Notes: generated by a model not told the origin, from the sequence alone. Positions 1 to 13,109 are shown, counted from the stretch's first letter. The stretch: DNA of 64,000 nt from Trichosphaerium sp. ATCC 40318 (GCA_038496445.1 JALMLS010000577.1:62001-126000); one strand, 5' to 3'. A program made the numbers and translations.

Positions 1-3000
1 TTGTGGGTGTCTAGAGCCTTTCTTCTTAGTTTAATGAGGACCCAAATAGCCTGATAGCCCAGTTTATAACTTATTTTTTTGTCTTTGCCTTCTACGAAGT
101 TTCCTAGATAACCATAAACACAACGTATAAAAATATGGTTAACCAAAAAGTACCATTCAGAGTTTGCAGGTGTCGTAGAGTTGTCGTCTTCAAAGTTCTT
201 TTTTTTACGTTTTGATTTAACCCTATTATCTGCTTCCAATGAGATACTTCTTGATTTCTTAACACCACGTTTTGGAGACGGTTGAAAACCACGAAACTTC
301 CAAGAAGAAGGACTAGAAAAATGCGACTAAGAAATAAAGCAAACTTAAGAAAAAAATAGGATTACCCTCTTCTTGCTCTTCTAGCGCTTTTAGACCTTTC
401 TCTACGTAGGTTTCCTCGAGGTTTCTTATAACTAGAACTAGCAGAAGCATGCACACCAGGACGAACTGAATGTGAATGTTGAGGTGCTGACCTATACCTC
501 TTTCTTTTCTTTTGAAATTCACCGTTGAAATTTAATGTAAAGTCTAAATCCTTTTCACTATTTTTATCAACATTTCGAGGAGAGTTTATGAATAACGGTG
601 AACTTGGTCTAAGAGGTGAATCCGCTGTACGTTTAGGAATACGTGGCCTTGAAGGCGATGGGACACTACTAGTTGGAGCTGAACCACCTCTAAACAAAAA
701 AAAATCGATTAGTGTCTTCACTTTTGTTGGTTGTTGTTCGTTTTAACAAACACTAAAACCTGTAACGTACTGGTTCTTATTGAGCTTAGATCTTGAGAAA
801 CTACAGGCAAAAATATGATTAATTCAAGGCCATGGAGGTTGATAGAAATACATAAGATAAGAATAAAAAAAATACCTTCGAAGTAGCTTTGGGAATCTAT
901 CAAAAGAACGTGTTACTGATAGTCTCCTTTTATATTTAGATTTGTTCTTAGGTTTAGCCGATGGTGACAATGTTGGAGATGATTTACTTGGACCAGCATC
1001 CACAATGTGGTCATATTTACGACTCTTTCTCTTAAAAAACAATCAGCAAAGATAGAGTAACACCAGAAGTTTTGTTCCATACCTTTTTTCTTAGTCTTGG
1101 TTTGACCTTCTCCTTTTCGTTGTCGTCAATAGCTTCAAAGTTCAGCTTGCCAACTGGAAGGTTTTCTGGTGCTTTACCACCTCCAATAGTTCTACTTTTT
1201 CTTAAAGTAAACCTTGAAAAGGTATTAAAGACTGAAAGACAAAACGATGATAAAACGCCAAAAAAAAAAGTTACTTCCAACTTACAACTCAGTGTTAGGT
1301 CGTTGTCCATCAACTTCAGTAACAGAATGAGATCTACCAGGTTCTCTAGGTTTTCTACGAAGTCGTTGCCTAACATTAAACGTTAATGATCTTTCTTTTC
1401 TAAGACTTAAACCGTACAGCATGCCACGTGCTTGAAGTACTGAATTTCGATTATCTTTGGTTGTTTTTTTTTCTTTCTTGGACTCTTTCTTCATCTCCTT
1501 TCTACCTGGTTTTTCTTTTGACTTCCTTGATGATGCTTTGCGCTTATCTTTATCCCGTTTAACCAACTGGGGCTTGTTCATGGACGCTATAAGTATGGTA
1601 GTATAAGAACAGTGAAAGAAAGACATACGTGGTGCTGTAGAGGGAGGTGTAGGTCTTTCAATCTCATGATAATCTAATTTTAATTTACTTCTTGTTTTTG
1701 TAAGACTCTCAATCATGACAGGTGACATGAGCTCCTAAGAAACAAACAAGTTAATAACTGATAAACAAATGAATATACACTTACATCAGATGGCTCTTCA
1801 GCGCCCCAACCTGGGCACAGTGGTGATGACGAGGTAAAATTTGGCTTTAAAGTCAATTTCACTTAAAAAAAGTAAGGCAATGCTCAACAAGAAAAAAACC
1901 ACGTACCTCCATCAAACTGAACATCTCCATCTTCGCTACTGCTATCAAGTACAAGAGCAATAGGATTCAATGGTGTTGTGTTATACTTAGTTGGTAATCC
2001 AAAGTCTTGAGTAGGATAGTTTTTGGACTTCCTTACGTCTTTGAGGACACGATCTAGCAGAAACAACAGTCAAAATAAAATCAATAAAAGTCAAAAAAGT
2101 TTACCCTGTTTTGTTGGTTTATCAGCAACATGTTTCTGGAGGTGCATACTTCCTGCTGCGCCAGTATACGTTGTTGGTGGGGTTTCTTCAGTCATTGTAG
2201 ATCTTCTACTCAATGAAGTAGAAGAACGCTTACTACTACGACTATGTCGAGAAGAAGCTAATTTTTTTTGTCAAAACAAACAAAAAAGAATTAAACTGTT
2301 TACCAGTTGCAGCCCTTTTTCTGCGTTTCTTCTTCTTGTTCTTTTTCTTCTCCTTTTCAGTTATCTTTTTCGTAGTAATTCCATTCCCTTCCGGATCTAT
2401 CAAACGAAGCTGAAAAGAAAAACGTCAAAAAAGCAACAGATAGGTGAGAAAAAAAACCCCAAAAAGTGGCAGTACCGAATGACGTTTTCCAGAGCTCTTA
2501 TTCGAGTTAGGAACAGATTCTATCGTATCCATTTTATTTCTTTTATGAGACATCTGAGACCTACGTCTCTTTGCAAGTCTACTAGTAGACTTACTCTCAA
2601 CCCTTTAAAAATAAACGTCAAAAGACAGCATCAAGTCAATATTTTGTTTTTTTGAAAAATTCTGACGTACATGCGTCCACCACGTTTGGGTTTTTGTGAC
2701 CTTCTCTTCATACCTTTTTTGGGATGATCTAATAATTATTACGAAAAAAATAAAAGTCACGTGACGTGTAATGTGTCATAACAAGAAACGATAAAATACG
2801 TACGTTCTTTACTAAGAAAATCTTGAATAGAGACCACACCTTCCTCACAAAGCTCCAATGAGGGAAATTTTAAAGGGTTTCCAGAAAAGCCTAAAAAAAA
2901 CCAGTTAATGGAAAATTCTTTTTTTTTGGGAGCATCATCTCTCTTTTTGTCAACCACGTACGGAGTTGTTGAAGTCGTTTACAGTTACATAGTGATGTAG

Positions 3001-3508
3001 GCAGTATTGTAATAAGGTTATTCTTTATATTGAGCTTGCGCAAAGAACGTAAATAGCCTATTTCGTCTGGAAGCTTTTTCAGTCCGTTACGAGCTAAACC
3101 CAAGTGTTGAAGCCCTGTAAGGCTTCCTATACGTTTTGGTATACGAGAGATTGCGTTGTTTGCAACGCTCAAGTACTGTAATTTCTGCAGTTGAAAAATG
3201 CCTTCTGGAAACGTTGTGAGCTTGTTAAAGCTCAAGTTAAGCACTTTTATGTTCGTAAAAGGTAATGTGTTTAAACATAACTCGTCAATACGGTTGTGCG
3301 CTAGATTCAGCTCCTGTAGATTTGTGAACCGTAGTAGAGGCGCTGGAATATCTTCTAGGTGGTTTTTTTGAGCATGTAGCGATTGAAGATTAGATAGCCG
3401 TGGATCGTTGCATAGTGTTTTTAGTTTGCCTGCAGGCCATTTATATATTTGTGCAGCGCTAATGTTAAGGGCATTTGTGTCGATTATTATCTTATCATCT
3501 GTAGCCAT
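1..3508 (-). CDS. Multi-exon protein with N-terminal leucine-rich repeats and a long Ser/Lys/Arg-rich low-complexity region; 3' end runs off the window
   Basis: ORF 2891..3508 has ~6 LxxLxLxxNxL repeats. The next exon gives an LRR cap (LSGNPLKFPSLELCEEGVVSIQDFL). Downstream minus-strand ORFs are S/K/R-rich and flanked by GT-AG intron signals. Confidence 0.75.
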
Positions 3509-3869
3509 ACTGTCTTACGCATCACAGTGCGTACCCTGACATTGGTTTTAGCTAAATAAAATAAAAACAAACAATTCCGAAAAATTCTCCGCAAAGTGTC
3601 TCTTTAATGACAAAACAACAAACTACTAACAACAACGAGTACTTGATTGTGAGTTGGTTAACCAAGAGGGAAAAAATCGTGTTTTAGTACCGTTTCAGGA
3701 AAGGTCGAGAAGGTTTTTCCGTTTTTTTTTAAAAACCACTTTCTAAACTACACTTGCCTTAAATTGGCTTTAAACCAATAATTAAGCAAACAACACAAAT
3801 AATGCAAGCTGGAGAGCGTCTAAACGCTTGTATATAGTCAAAAACAAATGTAACACTATTGTAATCTTA

Positions 3870-6800
3870 ATGAAAGCAATTAAACGCACGTAATTGAGTT
3901 ACTTTGTGGTTTTGTGTCAATGTCTCTTCATTTTCAAGCATTTTATCACAATTCTGTCATAGTTTGTTTGTAATTCGTTCATACAGCTACATACGCGTAG
4001 TAATACGATTTTTAGGCACTAATTTACAAGTTAATGACTTCCCACCTGCCTATGCTTGTACAGCGTTCACTATTGAGGTACACACGCAGTGCATCACTAA
4101 AACGTAACCTCTGAACAAAGGCTGAAAGAGTGCTTGGCGTTAAAAAGATTGAAGACTGGTACACCATACCATCAGCTCTTATACGCACCGTAGAAGGACA
4201 AAGCAACATATTACAGTCCGTTATTACCGTTTAATCGTGTTATTCAGCTAACACCCCAAAAGGCCTTTTAGTTGGTCTCTACAGTCCTTCCTACGTTTTG
4301 CATACCCGGACGTGAAGTGGTTGACTTGGAAATTTCGTACGTACAGCTGTGGAGCTTGTTTCTTTTTTTTCAATTGCACTGTCAAGAAATTGCAAGTCCA
4401 TTCTGAAAAGTGTTAAAGGTCAGGTACCACAAGGTTTCTGGAACGAAGCAGAGAACATAAAAAAGTTTGTGAGAACAGCTGAAGAGAGGCTATTGATAAA
4501 GAAAGTAAAAGATTGGCTTCAGATAGCACCAAGTGACATACAAGGCTTTCAAACAATTCAAAGGTTTTTGAACTAAAACTATCCTATGAAGGTTTTATTT
4601 GTTTTTTACATTTATTAGTACGCTCGCTTGGACTCTACAAGATATGCTCGAATACGTGTATCCAGATATTGAATGGCTGCCATGGGAGTTCAGTACGTGC
4701 TATGCAATTGCAACCATGTTTACACCAAATAGTTTCGACCGAGAGGAGATTCTGGATGTATAAGGACAATGTATACCAGTTTATTGTGCACGTGCGTCTC
4801 AATTGATTCAAGTTATAATGTGCATCATTATGTAACTATTCTTGTTGTTTAGTTAGAGAAACGGTTGAAGATTGAAGATATTGACGATTGGTATTCCATT
4901 GAAAATTATGATGTTGCTAAATATGGAGGTCGTCATTTCCTTCAAGCGTGCGCACTATTATCTTCCAGCTAGAGCTCTATCTCTGTTGTCTGATATTTTT
5001 TAGATATCATTCCGATTCAGTATATAGTATTGTTCGCACGATGTATCCGCATCACAAGTGGCAGCCATGGAAGTTCAGTAAGAGTTAACAACTACAAACA
5101 ATTTACAGTTGATTTATTTATTTGCTAGACAAAGCACCACAGCACTCTTGGAAAGATATTGATAATCAACTTGATCTTGTCCGTGATGTATGTATTATTT
5201 GTTCAACACGGCATTTTATACTTGTTGATGTATTACACTAATGCCTCTTGTGATCAGATGGAAGAAACGTTTGATATCCAACAAATATCTGATTGGTATA
5301 ATGTTAGACCTAATGATTTTAAGTCAACACATAAATCTTTCTTAACGCACGTCAGAGCTCCCTTTTTAATCTAAATGTTATTGGAGAATTAACCTCTTTA
5401 AAAAGGTATTTTGGTTCGGTGCAGTCTGTTGTTAAAAAGTTTTATCCAGACAATCGTTGGAGTATAAAACGTTTTGGTACCAAAAAAAAAAGTAAACATG
5501 TTGACACTTACTGATCATTTAGCAAAGATTACTGCTCTTCCAAGACGTCCTAGTCGATGGGAGAGAATAGATAATATAATAGAATTTATTTTAAAGGTAC
5601 GTTAGAATTACAAATGACAAGAGTGCTGAGGGACCATTAGGCGGAGAAAATGCTTAAGATAGAAAATACAAAAGATTGGTATAATGTGCCTCTTGAAGAT
5701 ATCATTGATGTTGGTGGAGATGAGCTATTAAAGTATTATAGAAACCAACCGTATTCATTCCTTCGCATTGCGTACCCTGAATTAAATTGGTTACAGTGGA
5801 AGTTCTGTACGTACCAGACAATCACTCATCTTATAAACCTTTGTAGCTCGAGTTTCTGCACATTTTTGGCAATCTGCTGAGAACAGGCTGAGTTTTATTC
5901 GATCAATAGAAGAAGACATGAACCTTAATAGCCTTGAAGATTGGTATAAAGTTCGCAACATAGACCTCAAACGTGCAGGTGGAACTACAGTGCTCAATAC
6001 GTACAACACAACTTTTCATTTTTGACAATCATATTCTTACCTTCCAAGATATTTTGGATACTCTATTAAGAACCTCGTCATGACTTACTACCCAGACCAC
6101 TCTTGGATCCCGTGGAAATTCCGTAAGTATCAATACCCCAAACCATTTGAATGTTGCTAACTCCTTTGCAGAGAAGGTTTCGAACAACTTTTGGCATGAT
6201 TCTGATAATATCGAAGGTTTTATTATGAACTTGGAAGAAAAACTCCAAATCAAAGAACTCAAAGATTGGTCTCGTGTACCACGACAACAGATTTCTGAAC
6301 AAGGAGGTTCTTCTATAATACAATTTTGGAATGATATTTTGAAACACGTGTATCCTGAATATCCATGGGAAGAAGACAAGCAACTCAACAGTCCTAGTAA
6401 AAAATCAAGTCAGCTGCACGTGCTTTTTTTTTTGCAGTTTTCTTTGTTTGTCGTCGTTGTGTGCTTGCGATATTTATTTTGCCTGTAGGAATCTCATAAA
6501 TTGTTTGAAAGAGTTGATGCCCGATCAAGAGATGGTAGAAGAGTATATATTAGGGATGCAGAGTGACTATTTTGGATCACAGATTTCTCTTGATATTTTC
6601 GTTCCGAAATTGAATTTGGCGTTTGAGTACCAAGGTGTACAGCATTACCAAGATATTTTTGTTTTCGGTCCTGCCACTCTTCAAGAAGGTAGAGATATTG
6701 ATAAGAGAAGAAAGTGCCATGCATATGGTACGTTGCGTCTAAGTTTGTAAACAAAAACAGAAAACACTTCATTGTTTATAAAATCATGACTTTTCTCACG

Positions 6801-7066
6801 TTTAATACTTACTACATAACAGGCATCACCCTAATTTACATTCCATTCTGGTGGGACTATAATAAAGAAACGTTAGCAGCAACTATATCTCATAACAGGT
6901 ACTATAAACAATACAATGATGATGTGAATACTAAACGCTTTTTTTTTTAACTAAAGACCTGATTTAAAGTTTTCAATCGGTGCTGAAGCCGAACCGTTGG
7001 ATCAACCACATACCAGCCAAATAGACTCTTCAGTGATGTCTCCTGAGAAAGCTAAGCTTATACCAG
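3870..7066 (+). CDS. Tandem ~70-aa Trp-repeat protein (7 repeats) with C-terminal PD-(D/E)xK/Vsr-DUF559-like nuclease domain (paralog A); the 3' end may extend to ~7.5-7.9 kb
   Basis: Spliced repeats have consensus P..FW...N...F...E..L.I....DWY.......GG..LL..Y..S....L...YP...W..WKF. They are followed by LDIFVPKLNLAFEYQGVQHY...RDIDKRRKC...GITLIYIPFWW (6588-6853). Start ATG 3870 is tentative. Confidence 0.75.
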
Positions 7067-7949
7067 GTATCACATAAATGAAAAAAGTACAAAACAAATA
7101 AATTTTATCTGTAACAACTGTGGCTCTGTCTTCCTAGCACCCTTCGCTCCAAAGTGTAATTCCGTAGACTTGCAACCTGAACCAGCGTTCTCATGAGCAA
7201 AAAACTCATTGTACAGGAAATGATGGCGATGTTGCGGTGGGCCAAGATGATATTCCCGTTTGTAAATTAAAAAATTGTTATGATTGCTCCTGTAATCAGT
7301 TTGAAGAAACGGCATACACGCCTTTTTCTCACTTTTGCAATAGCCACAATAAATCAGGTATCAGAGTGCCTTCATGGTACTTACGAAACAAAAAAAAAGT
7401 TTTCATGGGGCAACACAAGAATCCAACTGTTGTGTCCGAATGGAAATTGTGTACAATGGAGCTATTCATTGTGAGGCTAATTGTGAGGATGATACATGTT
7501 CTTCTATAAACAATATATATATATGTTGCAAAGGTAGTTTACTTCTGTGAGAAATCACAGTGTATCACGTGCTTAATAGCTACAAGATATATTTTGACAC
7601 AAAAATGATCCCAAAAAAATGGAGAATGGACAGGGAGTATTGGTAACACGATTTAAAGACATTATTTTTTTTAAAATGGAGTGCGTCGTTTTGATTCGCG
7701 TACCTTATTTCCAGAACTCCGACCAGCATGATTTTATTACCTTCAGAAAATAGCTAGAAACTATTTTCTGTATCCACAACGTGATGTATCGTGTCTTTAT
7801 CAACTTTACCAATTTACTGCAGTGCAAAAGCAACAACCTGGACACAAATCAATTCTAGCAATTATGTTTCACATGTATAGTTTGCGTACTGGAGCGCGAA
7901 GTCTTTTCATCTTTTGTTTCATCAGTGAGCAATAAAAATCTTACGAATT

Positions 7950-8880
7950 GATACCATCACTGTCATCTACACTACTTATCACGTGAGTAAGCGATCTATG
8001 ACAACCATAAAAATATGCAGTTTCTGAGGTACGTAGTTCGTTAACTCTCGCTATCTGCCGGGAGTGCCACATCAAATGCATAACAAAGCAAGCAGTTTCA
8101 ACTTAATTTTGCTTTTGGTACCAAAAGGAATAAAGCATGTGCTAGTAGTACCGGCACTAGCATCACTGTAGCTTCAACCATGGCAGCCCCAATGCTGAAC
8201 ATATTAAGAATACATCCATGGCGCCCAGTAGGAGGCAAACGTAATCAATAAATAAGGTTATAGTCCGGATCACGTTCTAGCTTTAACCTAGTATTAATGT
8301 CGTGTTAGCAGTGATTGAAGTTTAGGGTACCCAAAATAGTTATGATAATCGTTATGTTAACAACCAACGCGTGGGTAAAGAATGTTGCAAGATAGAGAGA
8401 GGCCCACGTGAATAAATAACTTTTTATTATTGTACAAGATATTTCTTTCTTTCTTTAATCTAGTTCATTAGGAACAACATGTCCATCTTTGACAATGTTC
8501 TCCGTGTTTTGGGCTGTACGCTTTGAATACTATTTTCCTTCGGAAAGGAGAAATAAAGATGCGCTGTAGTCGCTTGTACTTTACGTTGCCCTTGCGTTCT
8601 TCGCTTCTTAATGCCACCTGACAATAAAGACGAGTTTGATTCTGCAGTTTTTGAAGTATTCTTATTCTTTTTCACTTCGAAATCTTCTACATTGTTGTGC
8701 GACCACGTTGTGGCAATATGGAAAGTTGAGTGAAGAGAAAAATTGGCCGTATTTCTTGAGGCAATAAACTTCTTGCATCGCCATCTGCAGATGTGTTTTC
8801 TCATTGGATTTGCGTTTCTTGTTTTTGTTGCCATCGTTGTTAGATATTTTTTTGTTTAATCTCATCACATCAAGCAATGA
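7950..8880 (-). pseudogene. Possible decayed membrane-protein gene
   Basis: Minus strand gives hydrophobic stretches (YLFTWASLYLATFFTHALVVNITIIITILG; MFSIGAAMVEATVMLVPVLLAHALFLL) interrupted by in-frame stops that I could not remove with introns. Confidence 0.25.
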
Positions 8881-9538
8881 ATTGTGAACTACTATGTTGC
8901 GCCATTACACGTATATACGAATTATAATTATCAATTATAAACGCTGAGTTACATAGTCAAGTGACGTAGCTCAGCTCACGTTGGTGTAACAGTAATTGAC
9001 AAAAAATTCTTTCAATGAACAGCACCGGCGCAAACACAAGTTGGCGTACACACTGGGTAAAATTTTTAGCCGGGCTACTACGACTCCCTGTTAGTACAGT
9101 CGATTTTAGAGACGTTTTCGCTGCCTATACCCCTTTTTAAGTGATACTACAAATGGCGTCATATACAGTTTTCGCAGTTCATGAAACTACAAATCGTACG
9201 CCAGGTGACGTAAACCAGTAAATTTTGGTAGTTGTAATAAATCACGTGGTAGTAAACAGAAAATAGAGGAAATCTATGAGTTAGAACGCGTTTATTCTCA
9301 AACTGCCTAAAACGCGTTTCCCATCCAGCGCATTATCCCTTTGTTTAATTTACGCACATGAAAAGTTGGCGAAAAGGTCGTTCACCAGAAAGAGGCTGAG
9401 AATTACTGCTTTTTTTTTGACAAAACGCTGAAGAAAAATGGCGCTTTATTAGCTTCTATGCTAGGTAACAAGTTCTCTAAACAAGCCATGTTGTAGTAAT
9501 GGCAGTTTATACTTGAAGTTTAAGGAGCTTCTTGCTTG

Positions 9539-11012
9539 CTAGTATCGGTAGCGCCTGTTGCGTCGATTATCTAACCAACTGAGTGAGCGCAGAGCACGTT
9601 CGTTCATCGGATCTATTTTTAAAGCTCTTTCGTAGTATTCTCTCGCTTTATCATAGTTCAGTGGACCCAATTGGGTGAGACAAAACCCATAGTCGACGTA
9701 AGGCTCATGGTAACTATTGCAAAACTGTTAATGAAGGAAAAAAACAAGAAAATAGACGATTTTCACAACTTGAGGAGTATTTGGTAGCTAAAACTGTTTT
9801 CCCTTTACCTGCTGTTAAGTTTCATACTCTTCTCGAAGCAATCTTTTGCACGATAAAGGTATTGCTTCTTAGAGTATTTATCCATATCACGTGTCCAATC
9901 CAAGTAACACTTTCCTTTTATAAAATGGTATATCTCGCACGCAGGTTCAGCGTTAATAGCCTCATCGAAGTATGATATTGCCTGTTCATAGTCCTTATTA
10001 TACTTTGCCATCTGCCCAAGATGTTTATAAGCAGCAGCTCTAAAAAGTTGTTTCTTTGTGACTCTCTTGAATATAGCTGCTGCTTCACGTGTTTTGTTGA
10101 TATTCCTCAAAGCGACACCATAATGAAACAGTGCTTCTTCGTGTTCCGGATCAATTCTCAACGCCGCTTTGTAGTGCTCGATAGCTTCCATTGAAATACT
10201 TCCGCTATCGTCTGCACCACATATTCGTATGAATCTATTAAGAGTCCAACCCCATCTATCATGTGCCTCAGCGTTGGACTTGTTGATCTCGACAGCTTTG
10301 GTGAATTCCTCGATAGCTTTTTCTAAGAACGTCGGATCAAATGTTCTTTTTCCAATCTTTTGATAAGCATATCCTAGCTTTACTCTAAGCCAATCATCAT
10401 CTGGCATCTAAACATAGGTTTAGTACAAAACCTCCAAAACTAGAACATTCGTACATCTTTCACAAGTGGCTCCAAAATAGATGTGGCAAGTTCTCCGTCG
10501 TTTTGAGTTATTGCTAACAAAGCAGTTTTGATACTTGACCTCAATGGCCCTGTTATTGTGGGTGGAATTTGATCCTTCAATCGCTCGAATTTGTGCTCAG
10601 TAGGACGGCCTTCCTTTGCCAGATTAACGAGCATCCTGAAATGCAAGTAATTGACGGTCGTCTGTAGCTTCTTTTTGCTGGTAACACCTTTCTTCGCTGC
10701 CTCCATCTCTTCCTTTTGTCGTTTTTTTAACATCTCTCCAAGCTTGATTGATTTTTGCTTCCATTTCATGTCTAATAGCTTCCACGTCGCTATTGCATCT
10801 CGTAGATTAAGGTTTGGGATCAAATCATCCTTTTTAAGCGGTTGACGAGTTAGAGGATCCGTATTGTGGTCTTTTAGCCAGTCTTCTATCCCTTGACGCT
10901 CATACGACTTTCCTGATGGTGTTATCACTGGTGACTCCATTACTGTCATTAGTATAGGACACACGAAACATTCTATATCAGATGCACTTTCATTGGTAGT
11001 AGCTTCCGCCAT
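9539..11012 (-). CDS. U-box plus TPR-repeat protein (putative E3 ubiquitin ligase)
   Basis: U-box motif FVCPILMTVMESPVITPSGKSYERQGIEDWL...DPLTRQPL...LIPNLNLRDAI. TPRs in ORF 9805..10407. Last exon ends ...RRYRY* at 9539. Confidence 0.9.
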
Positions 11013-11258
11013 TGTGAGTAGTTTTAAAAACGAAAGTCTCTCAGAGGTAGTTTGACTCTTTTTTGACTAACGTAATGCAACCTGGCGTTTTAAAGCACAA
11101 CTTGTGGGAAAATACACGTGCTTACAATATTATTCTGCCATTGCTTGAACAACATTTGCGAGATTAAACGATGCTTATTTCTTCAGAGTATGTTCTTACA
11201 AATAATTAGGCCGTTTGTGGCTCAATTAAACGTAAACCCTGTTTATTGTGCTGACAGT

Positions 11259-12556
11259 ATGCGTAGGCCATTAGAATTGGTTTATCTGCCAACAGAAATA
11301 ATAGTTTGTATTCTGGCATTTTTGGGCAAGAAATGCCGTATATCTGCAACTTTGTTTGTAAACTGTTTTCTACGATCCTTCTAGAGCATTTGGGGTATTT
11401 AAAGGTGACTGTCAAGTCAAGAGAAAATCTACGCAAACTAAACAGAAGTACTCTTTTGAAAAATACAAAAATAGTTATTCGTGGCAATTTTACAATGAGT
11501 GATGATGACTTTAAAACCATCACTGGTGTCCGTCACCTCCATATAAGGGATTATATTTCATTAACAGAAGCTATGTTAGAACATATTTCAGGTGTACATT
11601 CTCTGAAACTACATACAACAGAAAGTAGCTGCAGTTTTAAATCACTTCATGGTATTCATACACTAAGGATACCATTTGGGTACGTAGAAGATGAGTGGCT
11701 TCAACAACTTGGTGGTATTCACACAATTGATATTACAGGGTCGGATATAACAGATAAAGGACTTTCAGCACTCTCTGGAGTCCATACGATAAATCTAGAG
11801 CAATGTAAAAACATCAGTGATAAAGGTGTTATTGCCATTTCAGATAATGTACACAAGATACAGCTTTCTTATTGTAATATTACTGATAGAAGTGTAAAAG
11901 CACTAACAAATGCAAGTTTCATATCTTTTAATGGCTGCAAGAAAATTACTGATGAAGGAGTTAAGTATTTATTGACACGAAATCAAACAACAAAGAAGAT
12001 TAAAAAAATTAATCTTGATGACTGCACTCAAATATCAAACGATACACTAAAGCTGTTGGCAGGTATACCATGTATAGACATGTGTGGTTGTACACAACTA
12101 AAAGGTGATACTCTATCATGTTTAGTTGGTGTACACCATATTGACTTGGGTATGTGCACATCTTTAACAAATGATGGGATAAAACAATTGGCAGGTGTAA
12201 AAGTCATTGATATTTCTGATCTTGCTTGTGTTGATGACAGTACTTTAAAGGCACTTGCTGGAGTACATACAATTTATCTTGATTCTACATTCGTGACAGA
12301 TAAAGGATTACAATACTTGGTTGGTGTTAAATTCATAAGCCTTAGACACTGTAGGTACATAAGTGACAAAGGAGTGAATAGTCTTATTGGTGTTAAGAAA
12401 CTTCATCTCGAAGGGTGCTCACAAATCACAGATGATGGTATTGTTAATTTAACAAGCCTTGATCAAATTGTGCCTAATACTCAAATAACGAAGGAAATGA
12501 TAGACGTTCTAGGATGCCAAACTCCCACCAGTCTACACTTTTGGCCTGATTTTTAA
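11259..12556 (+). CDS. F-box plus LRR (AMN1/FBXL-type) protein; the F-box is split by a 1-nt frameshift near 11319-11326
   Basis: MRRPLELVYLPTEIIVCILAFLG in one frame continues as QEMPYICNFVCKLF in another. These are followed by ~13 repeats of type ITDKGLxxLxGVHTIxLxxC in one uninterrupted ORF. Confidence 0.8.
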
Positions 12557-13109
12557 CTAGTCAACAGCACAAAGGCGGGTATACAATCTATTGCCATTGT
12601 TCTTCACCAAGCCATCGTGTAAACAATGTACTCAATAAAGGTAGACAAATTAAGCAGATATATCCCGTACCTGCTTTTCCAATTGACTTTATTGAACACT
12701 TCATTGGGTTGGCTGCATGTCCAAGATTGTTGGATGATTGTGACATTAGCATACATGATACGTATAAAATAGGTGAATAATTCAAAAGTGGACACCGACT
12801 GGTTGAAACCAAACACGTGATCGTCTATAACGCCAATGTGAACTGAGATATGATGACGTGATTAAACATCAATTTTTTAGTATACTTTAATAACCAAGCA
12901 GATACCATATAACAACCAATGCGCAATTTTGGAACATGCAATTTTATTCGAAGGTAAAACCTGATTGTACAAAAAAAAAGGATTTGGTCTACTGACTTGA
13001 TAGTTTTTTTTTCATCTTTTTGGTTGTGTTTTTTGAATTAATAAAACTCACCAGAACGAATAAAAAAAATTACCCGGCAAGTCTGTTTGGGGTGGTTTTT
13101 TTTTTTAAA

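Noticed and set aside
2023-2655. 210-aa plus-strand ORF
   Set aside because: Antisense to the LRR gene exons and introns; no domain signal and a non-ATG start.
8960-9040. GTAGCTCAG tRNA-like 5' motif
   Set aside because: No T-loop (GTTCRA) or acceptor-stem complement at the proper spacing.
12850-12964. ATGATGA...CTGA possible C/D-box snoRNA
   Set aside because: No terminal stem or recognisable rRNA-complementary guide; such motifs arise by chance in AT-rich DNA.
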